Shown: piece after piece, positions 1 to 13,532 of the stretch
Layout of the letters: every line of letters begins with the position of its first letter
How positions within the stretch are numbered: position 1 is the stretch's first letter
Source: Podarcis gaigeae
Taxonomy: Eukaryota
Length of the DNA stretch: 64,000 nt
NCBI GenBank assembly: GCA_964106915.2
Contig: OZ066927.1
Strand: one strand, 5' to 3'
Made by a program: the position numbers and the translations under genes
The notes under the pieces: generated by a model
Seen by the model: the letters and a program-made list of their open reading frames with translations, nothing else
What the model was told of the DNA's origin: nothing
The model's database searches: none

Positions 1-154
1 AAACACAAATCACAATGCTAAACTGAGACCCATTGAATGAGTTTTCTGATGACAAAAAGGATGCCTATTCCCCTCTGTGGACACAGGTTGCTATGCATGG
101 CTTTCAATAAGTATATATCCATAGAAATCCATCCATCTACAGATGGATGAAATA

Positions 155-396
155 CAGTGGTACCTCTGGTTAAGTACTTAATTCGCTCCGGAGGTCCGTT
201 CTTCACCTGAAACTGTTCTTAACCTGAAGCACCACTTTAGCTAATGAGGTCTCCTGCTGCCGCCGCGCCACCGGAGCACAATTTCTGTTCTCATCCTGAA
301 GCAAAGTTCTTAACCCGAGGTAATATTTCTGAGTTAGCAGAGTCTGTAACCTGAAGTGTATGTAACCTGAAGCGTATGTAACCTGAGGTACCACTG
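155..396. mobile_element. Tc1/mariner-superfamily (Tigger/pogo-like) MITE, 242 bp
   Basis: TA on both sides; TIR cagtggtacctc...gaggtaccactg; subterminal taacctgaag repeats; second copy at 54162-54403. Confidence 0.88.
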
Positions 397-2572
397 TAAA
401 TCCATCCATTGAATAGGACACATGTCATTACAAAAGAAAACAGAGGGAGGGAGGGAGGGAGGGAGGGAAAGAGAGAGAGAGAGCATCAGTATTAAGTTTT
501 TCACCTAGCACAGCTTAGTCCATAAGACAGGGGAGGAAAAAACCCTTTAATTTTATTCTAAAGCCAATCTGGTGCCCTGCAGATGTTTTGGAATTCAACT
601 CCAATTAGCACCAGCCATCGCAGCCGTGACTAGTCTAAAACATACAGCATGCCCCAGGTCGGTGAAGGAACGCTGTAACCGTAGCAGGTCTTGAGGGCAT
701 TGAATTAAACTCTTCTATACAGACAAGTTATATCCTTAGGTTCCAACGTAACTACAGAATACTGATGGAAAACCAGTACATAGTCCCTGTTTTCTAGCAT
801 GACAATGGAAGCATTGTCAAATTGTTCTTACTGGCTGCTGGATTCTCTCCTTGACAAAAGCAGGCATCTTATAACCACGCTCACTAAACAGATAAAACCA
901 GCTCTCCCAGTCCATCAGTGCAACGAAAGGCACACAAACATAACTGGACTCATATCCTTGCAAATAGGTAGAGGTATTTTGTTTTTGTTTTGGCATTATT
1001 TCCCTACTTTAGCATTTCGACAATTCATGCTTCCTGATTCACATTCACGGGAGATGACCTCAATCTATTCCCAAAGCGCTTCAGTCCGCGATTAAAATCT
1101 GGAGCTGGGAATCATCTGCCAGTTCCAACTCCCGCCATGGCAGGGACGGTAAGAATAGGCCGGAAGACAATCACATACAGTCTCAAAACACACTTATCTC
1201 CCTCCCAGAGTAGATAAAGTTGACTTTGAAGTTAAATGCTAAATGGAACAGTTTTCTCACTGAAATGAGAGAAAACGTAGCAGGCGGGAAGGGAGAAATA
1301 TTCACACTAGAGAGAAAGGACGAAACACCGAAACAATCTGTCCACCTGTCTTCCCTCATGCACAGGCCCATTGTTCTAACAGATCTCAGCAATATTATAA
1401 CACAATTTTGTTATCGAGGGGGGGAAAAAAGATGGATTCAGTGACAGGCATCCTTGGCAGAAACATAATCCCATCAAGAGGACGTTCCCAACAGCCTGGT
1501 TTTAGAAAGCCAATTTACATAAAATAAAAAGAAGGCGATGATGTTATACGGCCCTTATTGGACTGCGACAGAGTCACAGAAGTTGGGTTGCTGGGAAATC
1601 ATATATACTCTCAGACAGGGCTTCTCAATCTTTCTACTGCTGGGGCCCACTTAAGGCAGCTGAAAATTAAAAAGTCCACCCCACCCCCAGTCACAAAATG
1701 GTGGCACTGACAGAGTCGGAGTTTGGCATGGTCAGCTGACATTTCTGGCATCGCTTTCTATGAATATCTAATACATATTCAGAAATGGCTGTTTTCCCTC
1801 ACCCCCTTCACAGCAGTGGCAAAGAGTTCCATAGGTCAGCATTCCTCAAGGTGTTTGCTTTGGCGGTTTTGTGACACAGTCTCCCCATTTCAGGCTGAAT
1901 TTGTTGACCCAGAGGCTCTAAGTGAGGAAGATTTTTCCTCTGACGTTTCCTGCTTCCTCTCCACAAGCCTCTCAAACTATTTTTTGTTAGCCATCTCCTC
2001 TCATTCTCCTCTCATACTTAGCATGGACCTTATTCCCATCCCTACCCCCTTAAGTGCCAGTTTCTTTCATCTGTCGTCTCTGGTCATTTTACATTTACTT
2101 CTTGTTGCTATGACAGCTTTCTTCTCTTATCTTCTTCCTTTCTATTCCCAATTCATTTGTTGATTATTCTTAATAATAAGCATTATATTTCTCTCTTTCT
2201 TTTTTAAAACAGAGGCACAAGTGCAGAGGCACAAGTGGCTACACCCCCTTTGGATGGGTTAACCGAGAATGGACGATCTGTTTCAGATGGATCTGTACTC
2301 AATATCCACACTTCATTTTATGATAGAAAACTGACTTGCTGCTGACATGACAATGGCCCAGTTTGCACATCATGGTAAACCATGGAACACAGATGACTTT
2401 TGCTTTGCTCTTCCCCATAAGCTAGTGGCTGAAACAAACTATGCTCTCTGCCTTAGTGTAATGTCCAAACCAGTGGTCGTAGTTTGTTTCAGTCAAAAAA
2501 GACAAAACACAACTATGGGAAAGCCAACTTCGATTAACATTGTGGATTTTGTTTTGTTTTGTTTTTTGGAGC

Positions 2573-2942
2573 TGGGGATAGGAGGAGATGCCAATTTTGG
2601 TTTCTCTGTTTCTCATTTTTCATACCTTAAATTCAGTTCTCCACAATGCTGTAGCAATTTGCATTAAAAAAACAAACCACATGAAAATTCTTTAGCATTT
2701 CACGGCAGATTCCTCCCAATAACATTTGTATGCAGCTGTATGTTATATTCACAATTTTTTTTTTTAATGCACACATTTCTGTAAGAGTTACATTTCTGTA
2801 AACAGGTTGGAGATCTGCACTGCAAAATTCAAATACAGGCAAATTCTGGAGGGTGGAAGCATTTTCATTCGCAGGCTCCTTTCAGAAAGTGCAAATTTGA
2901 GAAATTCAGCTTTAAATGTGAACTGAGTCAAATTTCTCCCCT
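2573..2942. mobile_element. Degenerate non-autonomous DNA-transposon-like repeat (inverted relative at ~44494-44850; fragments near 8300-8550 and 43200-43265)
   Basis: Shared blocks such as cttaaattcagttctccaca / gtggagagctggatttaag and aatttctcccc / gggggagaaatt recur in the window. Confidence 0.55.
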
Positions 2943-4345
2943 GTTTGGAGCAAAACAAGCCACAGTCCTCAGTTTGGATGTAACACTAAACTAGAAAATG
3001 TGGCTTTGTTGCTCCTGCGGGGAAAGCATGGATCTTTTCTGCTTTCACACTAAACCATGACCTATAGTTTTCCTTCAACAAGCCTTCTAAATCCCAGTCT
3101 GTTATCTGCATTGGATCTGAATAGTTTTAACATAATAAATTATTTAAATTGTTGATGTTATTACCGTCAATCACTTTGAGACGTTTCATAGGTGATGATT
3201 CATACATGGGATAAATAAATATAATAAATAGTGTTGACCACGACATGCAAATGCTGTCATTAGACTGACATGAACTGCAATGCCCTTCTGGCTGGTAAAA
3301 AAAACAGCAACCCAGAGTGCATTGGGAACCTGGTAGTCCAGAACCTGGAAGTTTGATTGGTATGGTTCTGATGCAAGTCAGCCTCAGATGAACAAAACAC
3401 TGTTGCACATTTCATTACCTATGAAGCCAAAGGCTGAACAATTTGAAAAACAAGTCAACTCAATCATATAATGGGATATATATGATATTGTGAGGTACAT
3501 TTGCCTGTAAAATGTTTACTATATATCTTCATTTTCCAAGATTCTCTGAACTGTGAAGGGGGGAAACAACCCATTAGAACCATTTTCAAAAGTGAGTTGT
3601 TTACACTTCTTAGAGCTTATTAAGATCTTCACTGAAGCTGCAAGCATTACGCACAAACAATAGTTAAATGGATCTGAGACATTTTGAATACAGAAAAGGG
3701 TAATAATGCTTTCTGTATTAGGAATACAAGGAGGTAATTGCCATGTTAATTAGTTATTAGAGCTCTGAAGGGGGACTACTCCAAACCCCTGCTGAGATAT
3801 CAGCTGTTTTCTGGCAGCTATAATTCGTTATCAATCCAAGCTGCTTGTATTCCTATTAATGGTAGAGGATCCTTAGCTTGGCTTTGGCCTCCCATTGCAT
3901 AAATCCAGATTAGGGTTCAATGACCCCCCTTGGTGAGCTTATAAAGATGTCATTGACCACAACCCAAATTCTTAGGAATGTAAACGGAACTAAAAGTGCA
4001 TCCAGACTTCCTCTCTTCCTGATGCTTTCTGCTGAGAAATCTCAATCTTTATAGCGGAATAGGAACAAACCTCAATTGATGTTTGGACTGATTCAGCGCT
4101 AAAGAGCAAATTTTCCCAGGGAAAGTGGTGGGGCAAACAGAAAATTGCTTGGACCCATGGCTAGAAAGCACAGGAAAAGCAAAAAACTGCTCAGACATGT
4201 GCATGGGAGAAGCAGAAGTGTGGGGAAGCCTTCTATCAAGAGAAATCAATATATAATCAACTCCAGTGTTCAAAATCTGCACTGGCTGCCTATACACTAC
4301 TGGGCCAGGTTCAAGGTTTTTGTATTAGTGTACAAGGCCCTTAGT

Positions 4346-4612
4346 GGTATGCGGGTGGCGCTGTGGTCTTAACCACAGAGCCTAGGGCTTGCCGATCGGA
4401 AGGTCGGCAGTTTGAATCCGCGTGACGGGGTGAACTCCCGTTGTTCAGTCCCAGCTCCTGCCCATCTAGCAGTTCGAAAGGACGACAAGTGCAAGTAGAT
4501 AAATAGGTACTGCTCTGGCGGGAAGGTAAACAGCATTTCTGTGCGCTGCTCTGGTTCACCAGAAGCGGCTTAGTCATGCTGGCCACATGACCTGGGAGCT
4601 GTCTGAGGACAA
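4346..4612 (+). mobile_element. Sauria SINE (Squam1), 3'-truncated
   Basis: gcgggtggcgctgtgg...aagtagataaataggtac...ggcttagtcatgctggccacatgacc; matches the full copy at 43275. Confidence 0.85.
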
Positions 4613-4620
4613 ACTGAGCA

Positions 4621-4695
4621 CCTCAGTTTAAGAACGGTTTTGGGTTAAGAACGGACCTCCGGAACAAATTACATTCGTAACCCGAGGTACCACTG
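4621..4695. mobile_element. Single end of a Tigger-like MITE
   Basis: ...ggaacaaattacattcgtaacccgaggtaccactg followed by TA. Confidence 0.75.
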
Positions 4696-4742
4696 TAGAT
4701 CAATTAATCATATACGTTCTGGCTGATGAATCTTTCACTGCA

Positions 4743-4863
4743 AGGTTGCATCCAGCTAAGTGCTACTCAGAGTATAGTAGACTGAAAGGAATCAATCGAA
4801 GTTAGTCATGCCTGTTAACTTGAATGGGTCTACTCTAAGTGGGGCTAGCAATGGATGCAACCC
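4743..4863. mobile_element. Short palindromic MITE-like repeat
   Basis: Inverted ends ggttgcatcca...tggatgcaacc with internal agagtatagtagac / gtctactct symmetry. Confidence 0.5.
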
Positions 4864-6624
4864 TATACTCGCATAAATACAGGTAAACAGTGTATTTCTA
4901 GAGCAAGAAAACCCATTTCCTTTGTTTCTAAGATGATGCACTCTTGTGAGGCATCATCGTAGGAAAGGGATTTCCCCTACGGCCAAGAGGGAAAAGGGAG
5001 AAAGACCCACTGAAGATGTTGCTTGCCGCTGACAGTTTTTATTAGCGCTTCTAAACATGTATCTCAGGGGTGCCTATTCAGTTGATTAAAAACATTTTTA
5101 AGGCTGACTGATCTCACCGGTTAATCGATTAAAAATTGCAGCCCCGATTCATGTAGTTTTACTTGTTTACTTTGTTATGCTACGGTTGCAATAACTTGTT
5201 TTAAATTTCATACTCCGAGCTGCCCTAGGAAATAAATATTTTAAAATCAATAAATAAAAGAAGAGGAGATGAAATCCCTGCTAGAATCCTATCAGCCAGC
5301 AGCAGGAATTAGGTGGTCCGCTGGAAGATGGCTGGCGAACCACAACATCCCTTTGGACCACCCTGTGGCCATCAATTTTTCAAGAGCCCAGAAACCATTT
5401 GACCCCTTAGTACAACGCAGGGCCCATCTTCCAATCCAAGGTATTGCCCCCCCCTTTACTCACATATACCATTTAGATGGGTCCTTTCCTCTTCTCTCTT
5501 GTTTTCTCCCTCCCCAAGAAAATGGATCGAGGAGGTGTGACCCAAGACACAGGTATGGGCCATAGGACAACCCTCTGTAAAGGCTCTCTCTCTAGGGCTG
5601 CTAGCACAGAGAGGAGTTTTCTTCCTCTCTGCTTAGCTCTAAATAATCTTTCTACTTAGCGAAAAAGTAAAGCACCTGCAATAATAGCTGCATTCTGAAA
5701 ACAGCAATATTTGCACCGAGTTAGCCTAAAATAAATTATTAAAATGCATCCTTCTTCTCTTCTTTCTCATTTTTTATATTAAAGAAAAGCATATATATCA
5801 TATCATATGCTCGCAACATTATGACAAATTGCAACACCGACTGCCTTTAATTAGAACATGAATATTTTATGGCAATTCTGCTGGGTGGATCAACATTTCA
5901 AAGGGAAGGCAGGGACGCTCAACAGATTGAAATCAAGAAAACAGGGTTTTGCTTAATGAGATAATTAGGCCTGCTTCAGACTGTGAAAACTAAGTTGGGT
6001 TTTTTGCATTGAGACAGACACATCCGCCGAAAAGGGGAAAGTAAAGTGCTTGCTCTCATATTAATTGCTCTACATCTTGGTGGTGAAAGTGGCAAGGAGA
6101 AAAGAAAACATATGTTTCTACTTAATCTATGTTTAATTATTTTTGTCTAAGTACTGCCTATAATCTGTACCTTGCGGGAAAGCACGGCTTTAAAAAAAGA
6201 GTGAGTTCTATTTTTTCCTTCAAAACTCCCCCAAAGAAACAAAAGATGACGACCGAACAGGCAAATGCCATGCAGCATATTATCTGTTAAATCTACACAA
6301 CGGCCTCCCCCAACCTACTGTCCTCCAGATGTTTTAGGCTACAATTCCCTTCAGCCAGCATGCTGCCTGAGGGCTGATGGGAATTGTGGTCCAGGGTGGC
6401 CTTAGTCTCCCATTTTGCCATGCCACTTTGCATTTTGAGAATACGGTAAATAAACAAATCCCACAGTGGTTTGCAACCTAACTGAAAACATCAAAGGAAT
6501 CATTATGAAATAATAAAATAAAACATTGAAGATGACACCCGAATAAGAAATATACATTCACTAGGGCTGGGCGATATCTGGTTTTCAACACTGCGATATA
6601 TCACCAGCTAAACGTTGCAATATA

Positions 6625-6852
6625 CAGTGGAACCTCGGTTGTCGAACGTAATCCGTTCCAGAAGACAGTTTGAGTTCCAAAATGTTCAACAACTGAGGCG
6701 CAATTGCTGGCTGGCAAAATACATTGAAAAAACGGAGAGATGTGTCCCAGAAGCCATTCAACTTCTGAGGCGCGTTCGAAAACGGAAGCATTCACTTCTG
6801 GATTGTCAGTGTTTGGGTTCCAAATAGCTCGGCTTCCAAAGCGTTCGACAAC
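6625..6852. mobile_element. Tigger-like MITE, one end missing
   Basis: TA + cagtggaacctcggttgtcgaacgtaatccgttcc; repeated ttcgacaac-like motifs. Confidence 0.75.
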
Positions 6853-6989
6853 AATGGTGGGACTTGTAGCCCAACAGTGCCGGTTTACACTAGCTGGCAG
6901 CCATTCTCCAGGGTGCAGTCTTTTCCATGCTGGGGATTGAACCTAGGACATTCTGATATTGCAAATGCAGGTGTTCTACCAGTAAGCCG

Positions 6990-7410
6990 CTGAGACCATA
7001 TAACACCGGTCTTGAAAGTCCTACACTGGCTCTCAGTACGTTTCCGAGCACAATTCAAAGTGTTGGTGCTGACCTTTAAAGCCCTAAATGGCCTCGGTCC
7101 AGTATACCTGAAGGAGCGTCTCCACCCCCATCGTTCTGCCCGGAGGTCCAGTGCCGAGGGCCTTCTGGAGGTTCCCTTGCTGCGAGAAGCCAAGTTACAG
7201 GGAACCAGGCAGAGGGCCTTCTTGGCAGTGGCACCCGCCCTGTGGAACGCCCTCCCACCAGATGTCAAAGAGAAAAACAATTACCAGACTTTTAGAAGAC
7301 ATCTGAAGGCAGCCCTGTTTAGGGAAGCTTTTAATGTTTAATAGGTTATTGTCTTTTAATATTCTGTTGGAAGCTGCCAGATGGGCGGGGTATAAATAAT
7401 AATAATTATT
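6990..7410 (+). mobile_element. L2-clade LINE 3' fragment
   Basis: ORF 7012..7341 LHWLSVRFRAQFKVLVLTFKALNGLGPVYL...RAFLAVAPALWNALP is the L2 ORF2 C-terminus; ends gggcggggtataaat(aat)n. Confidence 0.88.
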
Positions 7411-8035
7411 ATATGGTTTATAAAGTTGCTTTTTTGCTGAGAAAGGCCCTTGGTCCATCTTGTCCAATGTTGACTGCCCCACCCCACACCACCCCCAGCC
7501 CCAGCCCTGAGGTCTTTCCTAGCCTGGGGTGAAACCTGGGACTTTCAGTATGGACAGCAAGAGCTCATTCACGATGTTCATCTCTCAGCTATCGGCCAAC
7601 CCAAACAAGATTTCAGAATTTCATTTTTAAAAGTTCCTGCCGGCAATATGTACTTGCCTGTGTGTGCAGTCTGTACTAACTGACAAGTACCTTTTACATT
7701 TAATTAACAGCACAACTTACAAGTGCCACTGTGTGCCTGAGATCCTCTGGGTTCTGACAGTAAAGAGATGTGAGCCTTGAGTAGCCGGCTGCATTTGCAA
7801 CATCTGCCACATTTTATTTGCACTTCTGTCCAAAACTAAGGAATTGCCTTACTTAAGCATGTTAGCATACAACTTATTTACAAAGGGGAGACTAAGTGCT
7901 TATTTGCATTTCTGCCTACAAAGGAAAACAGGTTTTCTTTCCCCTGCTGCTATCTAGAACCTCAAAGGCTTACAAGAATAATAATAGTACAAAAAGGCGA
8001 GCTTTGCCCAGAAACCTTTCCATTGGCTTCTATCA

Positions 8036-8275
<240 letters not shown>

Positions 8276-8702
8276 CTAGTCCTCATCATTACTACAGTTA
8301 TTTGCAACAATGCATGCAGTTTACGAAGAAAGCACCATACAGTTTAACCACTCGACTACATTTTTTCTTAATTGAATGCATTTTTATAAGTTGTTTTCAT
8401 GAATATATCTTTTTAATGCACACCTTCCTAAGCCTATATATTTTCACACCCATTATTTGGCTGGAGAACTGCAATGCAAAATTTGGATTCCGAAGGATGG
8501 CTATGTTTCATTTTTTGTATTCTTTCGGAAAGCACAAATCAGGAGGGGGTTTGCATTTAAATCCTATGCCCTTTTAAAATGTGTGGGGGTATTAGGTTGT
8601 TGTTTTTATTTTGATTATGTATTTTGTGGTTTTTATATTCTGGTTTTATTCTGTGAACCAGCCTGAGACCAGCGGGTATAGGGCTTTATATAAATAAGAT
8701 AA

Positions 8703-8764
<62 letters not shown>
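8703..8764. repeat. (AAT)n microsatellite, ~20 units
   Basis: Read directly; sits between two tail-to-tail LINE 3' ends. Confidence 0.97.
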
Positions 8765-8766
<2 letters not shown>

Positions 8767-9206
8767 TTTATTTATATCCCGCCCTCCCCAGCCGAAGCCG
8801 GGCTCAGGGCGGCTAACAACAATCAAATAATCAAACAGTCAAATAATCACACATTCTAAAAATATTTCATTATAAAAATTAATTAAAATCAAATTGATGG
8901 CAGCCGATTAAGGAGAATTCTGTGCAGGTTGCCAGAGGAGGGAGTCAGGCTGCGCCCTGACCAAAGGCCTGGTGGAACAACTCTGTCTTGCAGGCCCTGC
9001 GGAAAGATGTCAGGTCCCGCAGGGCCCTAGTCTTTTGTGACAGAGCGTTCCACCAGATTGGAGCCGCAGCCGAGAAGGCCCTGGCTCTAGTTGAGGCCAG
9101 CCTAACCTCTTTGAGGCCTGGGACCTTGAGGATGTTATTATTTGCAGACCGTAGGTTTCTCTGTGGGGCATACCAGGAGAGGCGGTCCCGTAGGTCCCGT
9201 AGGTAG
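8765..9206 (-). mobile_element. L2-clade LINE 3' fragment
   Basis: ORF 8945..9271 LRDRLSWYAPQRNLRS...RAFSAAAPIWWNAL...FRRACKTELF; 3' UTR runs into the microsatellite. Confidence 0.87.
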
Positions 9207-10431
9207 TAATAATAATAATAATAATAATAATTGGAAACAGAATCGAATTTCTCCTCCATCTCTATATTCAAGACACAAATGAACTATCAGAAGCAAAGAA
9301 AGGAACAAAAGCAACAAGACCCTCCATAACTGTCAGGCCTAGTGAGGAGAAGCAGCAACTTGAAATATTGAAATATACAAGTTCAGTTCAGAGACGGATC
9401 TGATAACGAGGGATACTTAGGGGGCAGGTGCAACTCCTGGCGTAATGAGGCCGCCGATAATGGAGGAAGGAAGCCAAGCTCTCTTCAAGCAGACCACCTT
9501 GGGCTATACAGCCTGATTACATGGATAAGATGAAGGCACTCAGATGCCTGTGCACCACCAACCGATAGAGCTAACCTGTTATTTCTCTCCTCTCTCTGGA
9601 AAAGTTTCAATTTCCTCTTGTCACATTCTAAACCCTGGGGATATAAAGTTTGCAAAAAGAGAGAGGAAGAACCCCCCCCCCTCCCTTGGTTCCACTTTGA
9701 GGGCCTCTTTCGAGGGTCTGGAGAGCAGTTTTACAGCCAGAGAGAGAATTGCCGTGAACTCGCAGGGAAAGAGGGTTTTTGTAATTGAAATGCACAAAGG
9801 CCGTGGATGGCAGCCCTGGCCCAGGTCAGCACCGTAATGGCTTTAAATAAAAAAGAAAAACAGCAGCTGCAAGTTATTTGGGGGGAAAGGAGCTTTTGCC
9901 TGTGCCAAGGCTGACCTGAGAAATTCGGGGCTGGGGAACGAGAAGTGAACTGGGAATTTTGCGTGTGTGCAAAAGTTATTTGCAGAGTTAAAGACACTGG
10001 TTCTGTAAAGAGCCACTCTGAGTTTAATCGCACAATTCCAGTATAGACTCAGTAATTGTGTTTGGATGTTCCCACCATACAAACTGCAAACTTGAGGATG
10101 GGATAACTGGGTCAAGCTCAATTCCACAACCTCTGTTGTGGATCCCTCAATCCAGGTCTTTTTTTGCAGGGCAAGGGGATAACTTAAATAAAATATTGGT
10201 TTGGGGTGGTGGTGGTGGTAAGCCCTGCCCTGAATAATCGGTGTACTGACACCATTTGAATGGCAATGCCCATCAACTTTGCCCCCCTGGCCCCTCAAAT
10301 ATTTTATTGGGGTGTCCGAGACCCCTCAGCCCCTAGGAGTTGGCTCCTATGGCCACCTGCTTCCCTGTAGTCTCCTCTCCACGTAATGGCTGAGGAGGAA
10401 TTAGGGATGGGATGAGGCAGGTATTTGACTA

Positions 10432-10659
<228 letters not shown>

Positions 10660-11042
10660 TCACAACTGAAGTCTTTTTGTGACTGTAAGTTGTTTTAAAC
10701 TGTTTTTCAGTTAATTGTTAATTACCCGGAGCCCTAGGGTGAAGGCATTGAGGTGTAGGTGGGTTCCCAAGAGGTTATCACACACAGTGATAACAACAAG
10801 AACCATTATTGAACTAACAGAACTGGGCAACTGCTTATATACATTTCTGAAGACCTGGGCCACTCCCACTCCCAATGTGATTGGCTGTCTAAACTTCCCA
10901 GCTGCGAATCATGACTCAGAATGGCAGAGGTCCAAATCCTGAAATGTTCTGTGATTGGATATCATGTATCGAATCAGAACACAGGGGCTCAGAATCCTTA
11001 GACTCAAGCTTAGGCAAATACAGACCTCTGAATACATAACAG

Positions 11043-11190
11043 CAGTGCTTTTTTCCCTAAAAAAAATGTTTAGGGGTACTCTCATTTTCCTACTCATGTT
11101 GAAATACTGCCCCTCAATTAGGCCAAACTTAGATTCACAAAATGTTTAAGGGTATGCGTCCCTCTGCGTCCCCCCCAGGGAAAAGTGCTG
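11043..11190. mobile_element. hAT MITE, 148 bp
   Basis: Perfect 8-bp TSD cataacag (11035-11042, 11191-11198); imperfect TIR cagtgctttt / aaaagtgctg. Confidence 0.85.
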
Positions 11191-13222
11191 CATAACAGAC
11201 ATGATAATAAAATACTAGCAGAAGGACATCATTGCAATAAGTTGTCTCATACCAGTTAATTTTGAAACAAAATATAGCAATTCATTTTAAGGCTAGCATC
11301 ACATTTTAAATTTGCAATAAAACTGGCAAAATAATAAAATGCCTGATATTATTTATGTGAAGTCATACAGGGTAGAGTCTAATAGGGTGATGGGCATGGC
11401 TGCTGTGATGGTGGCACCCTTTGTCTTGGCACCCAGGCTGCTTCATGCACTTTAGGAGACATATGTCAGAAGCAGCAAGAGGATGGGGGTGGTGGAGAAA
11501 GGCAGCAACCCTTCCCCTGAATTTGTAGCTTCAGTGTGGGCTTTCAGGAAATAAACTTCCAGGTAGAAATGTCAAAAGAATTGCAAAGGAGATAGAAAAG
11601 GAAGTGGGAATTGTTGCAGTTTGCATGCTCATCTGTGGTGAGGAGCTTAAATCTGTGATTTTGGTGCTTAAATTGTATACCGCCCTTCATACATGGATAA
11701 AATGGAAAAATAAATGTTCTCTGATTATTAGGACACAGGTTATGTCCCCGCTCTGCAGAGCACTTAGCATAGCGGGTAGATCCTACCCTGGACTCTCTCT
11801 TTATCCACATAAATTTGTATGCTCTGCAAACGTGCAGAGATGCAAATCCAGGCACCAAATGGCTCCCAGGACAATAGTTTGGCATTTATTATGACGTTCA
11901 AATCTACCAAAGTGCACTCTGTGTGTGCAGAGACTCTTAGCAGGTGATTTAAAGGCTCTGTCCTCCAGTATTCTAATTAGTGACATTTAAATAAGGGCTC
12001 CTGCTCTTTCACTTGTCAACAAATGAATTAAAATAAACCAGGGCCCAATCCTGCAAGCCCACGGGGGGTCTCTAAGGAGCTGTCACTCATCTGTGTAAGA
12101 CTCACGAGGGCAAGACTTTATTTTACTCAAATTAATGGGAGTACTCCTGAGAATCGTATAACCTGGTCAGATTTGAGCTGGAGCAAGGTTGCCTGTGCCT
12201 TTAACCAGTTGCAAAAGAGAGGGATTCTCACGTGGACAGGAAAAAGGCATTGATCTTTCCCGTGAGCTGAATTGGTGAAACCTTCTGAAATCTGATGAGT
12301 CTCCCCATTTTTTGCATTTGAGTGAAGGGGAGTCCCAGGGCAGGATGGGGGAGGGGATTCCTGGGGTGGGGGGGGTGTCTGTGCAGTTGAGCCACCCAGG
12401 ATTCACCACAGCTGCAGGGTGCTGCGGTTGCTAACACATTCACATTTTGTTTAGAAGTTTGAAACACTCAAAAAGGAAGTTTATGTATCCCCCATATCAA
12501 ACAGTTGTATGTCCCTGGACCCCAAAATAGACATTAGAATACCCCATAGGATACACCTGCACAATTGCAACAATAGTTGTTCAAAGCTATCATCCTTCCA
12601 AAATACTTGTAAACACATGATCATAATGCACAGTTTTCACACACACACCTAAAAGTTAGTTGTATTTATTGATTTGGGGTTTTCTTTCCTCCCCAGGCAA
12701 TACATACATTTAAAGATTTCTGTGCTTAAAATACTGCCGTTTTGTGTGTTTCCTCTAATAACTTTTTTACTTGACCAGGAGGAAATGCTTAAGCAGTGAT
12801 ACTGACGTAGAATAAAATGTCCCTATTTTCATCTGAGGAATGGTAGAGGATATGCATCTGAACTAATTCAACTCCATAAAGTTTGTTTTGTGGAATGGCT
12901 TTTAATCACAGTCGTAATGTGTGGTAGGGTTTTGGTCTTTCAGACTGTGCAAGGGCAGCACTCTTGGTACTCTCTGAACTGTATCATGGGGCTGCAGCCA
13001 GTTGAATTACGTCTGCAGTTTAATTGCTGAACCTGCTTCGTGTGAATGTCTGTGGGCTTGACCTTGCCCAAACTAGCATGGAAGAAACAGCATTTTTCAC
13101 ATGGTTGGGTTTAAACATGACTGAAAACACCACAACACTTTCTTGATGGATGCACTGGGACCTTGACATTGGCAAGGTAGATTTGGAAAGAAAATCAGCC
13201 AGTAGTTTGAGAATGCTGTTCT

Positions 13223-13532
13223 CAGGGGCGTAGGGGGAGCGGTCTGCCCCGGGTGCCATCTCTGAGGGGGGGGGGTGACAAAAAGGCACACTGTGGGGGG
13301 CTAGGCCTGTCACCCCAGAACGCAGCGGTGCAAGCTGCCACCGCATGGAAAATCACACCGCCGCAGCCACATGTGGAGGATCACACTGCCACTGCTGCAG
13401 CTGCGTGTGGAGGATCGTGCCGCCGCAGCTGCAGCCGCGTGCAGATTGCACTGCCACTGCACAGCAGATCGCCCCCCCCCCAGGTGCACGGCACCCATGC
13501 TCTGAGCACCCATGCAGCCAGCTCCGCCACTG
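13223..13532. mobile_element. GC-rich hAT-type MITE with internal degenerate tandem repeats
   Basis: TIR caggggcgtag...ctccgccactg; 8-bp TSD gctgttct/gctatttt (6/8); related inverted copy at 19466-19790. Confidence 0.7.
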
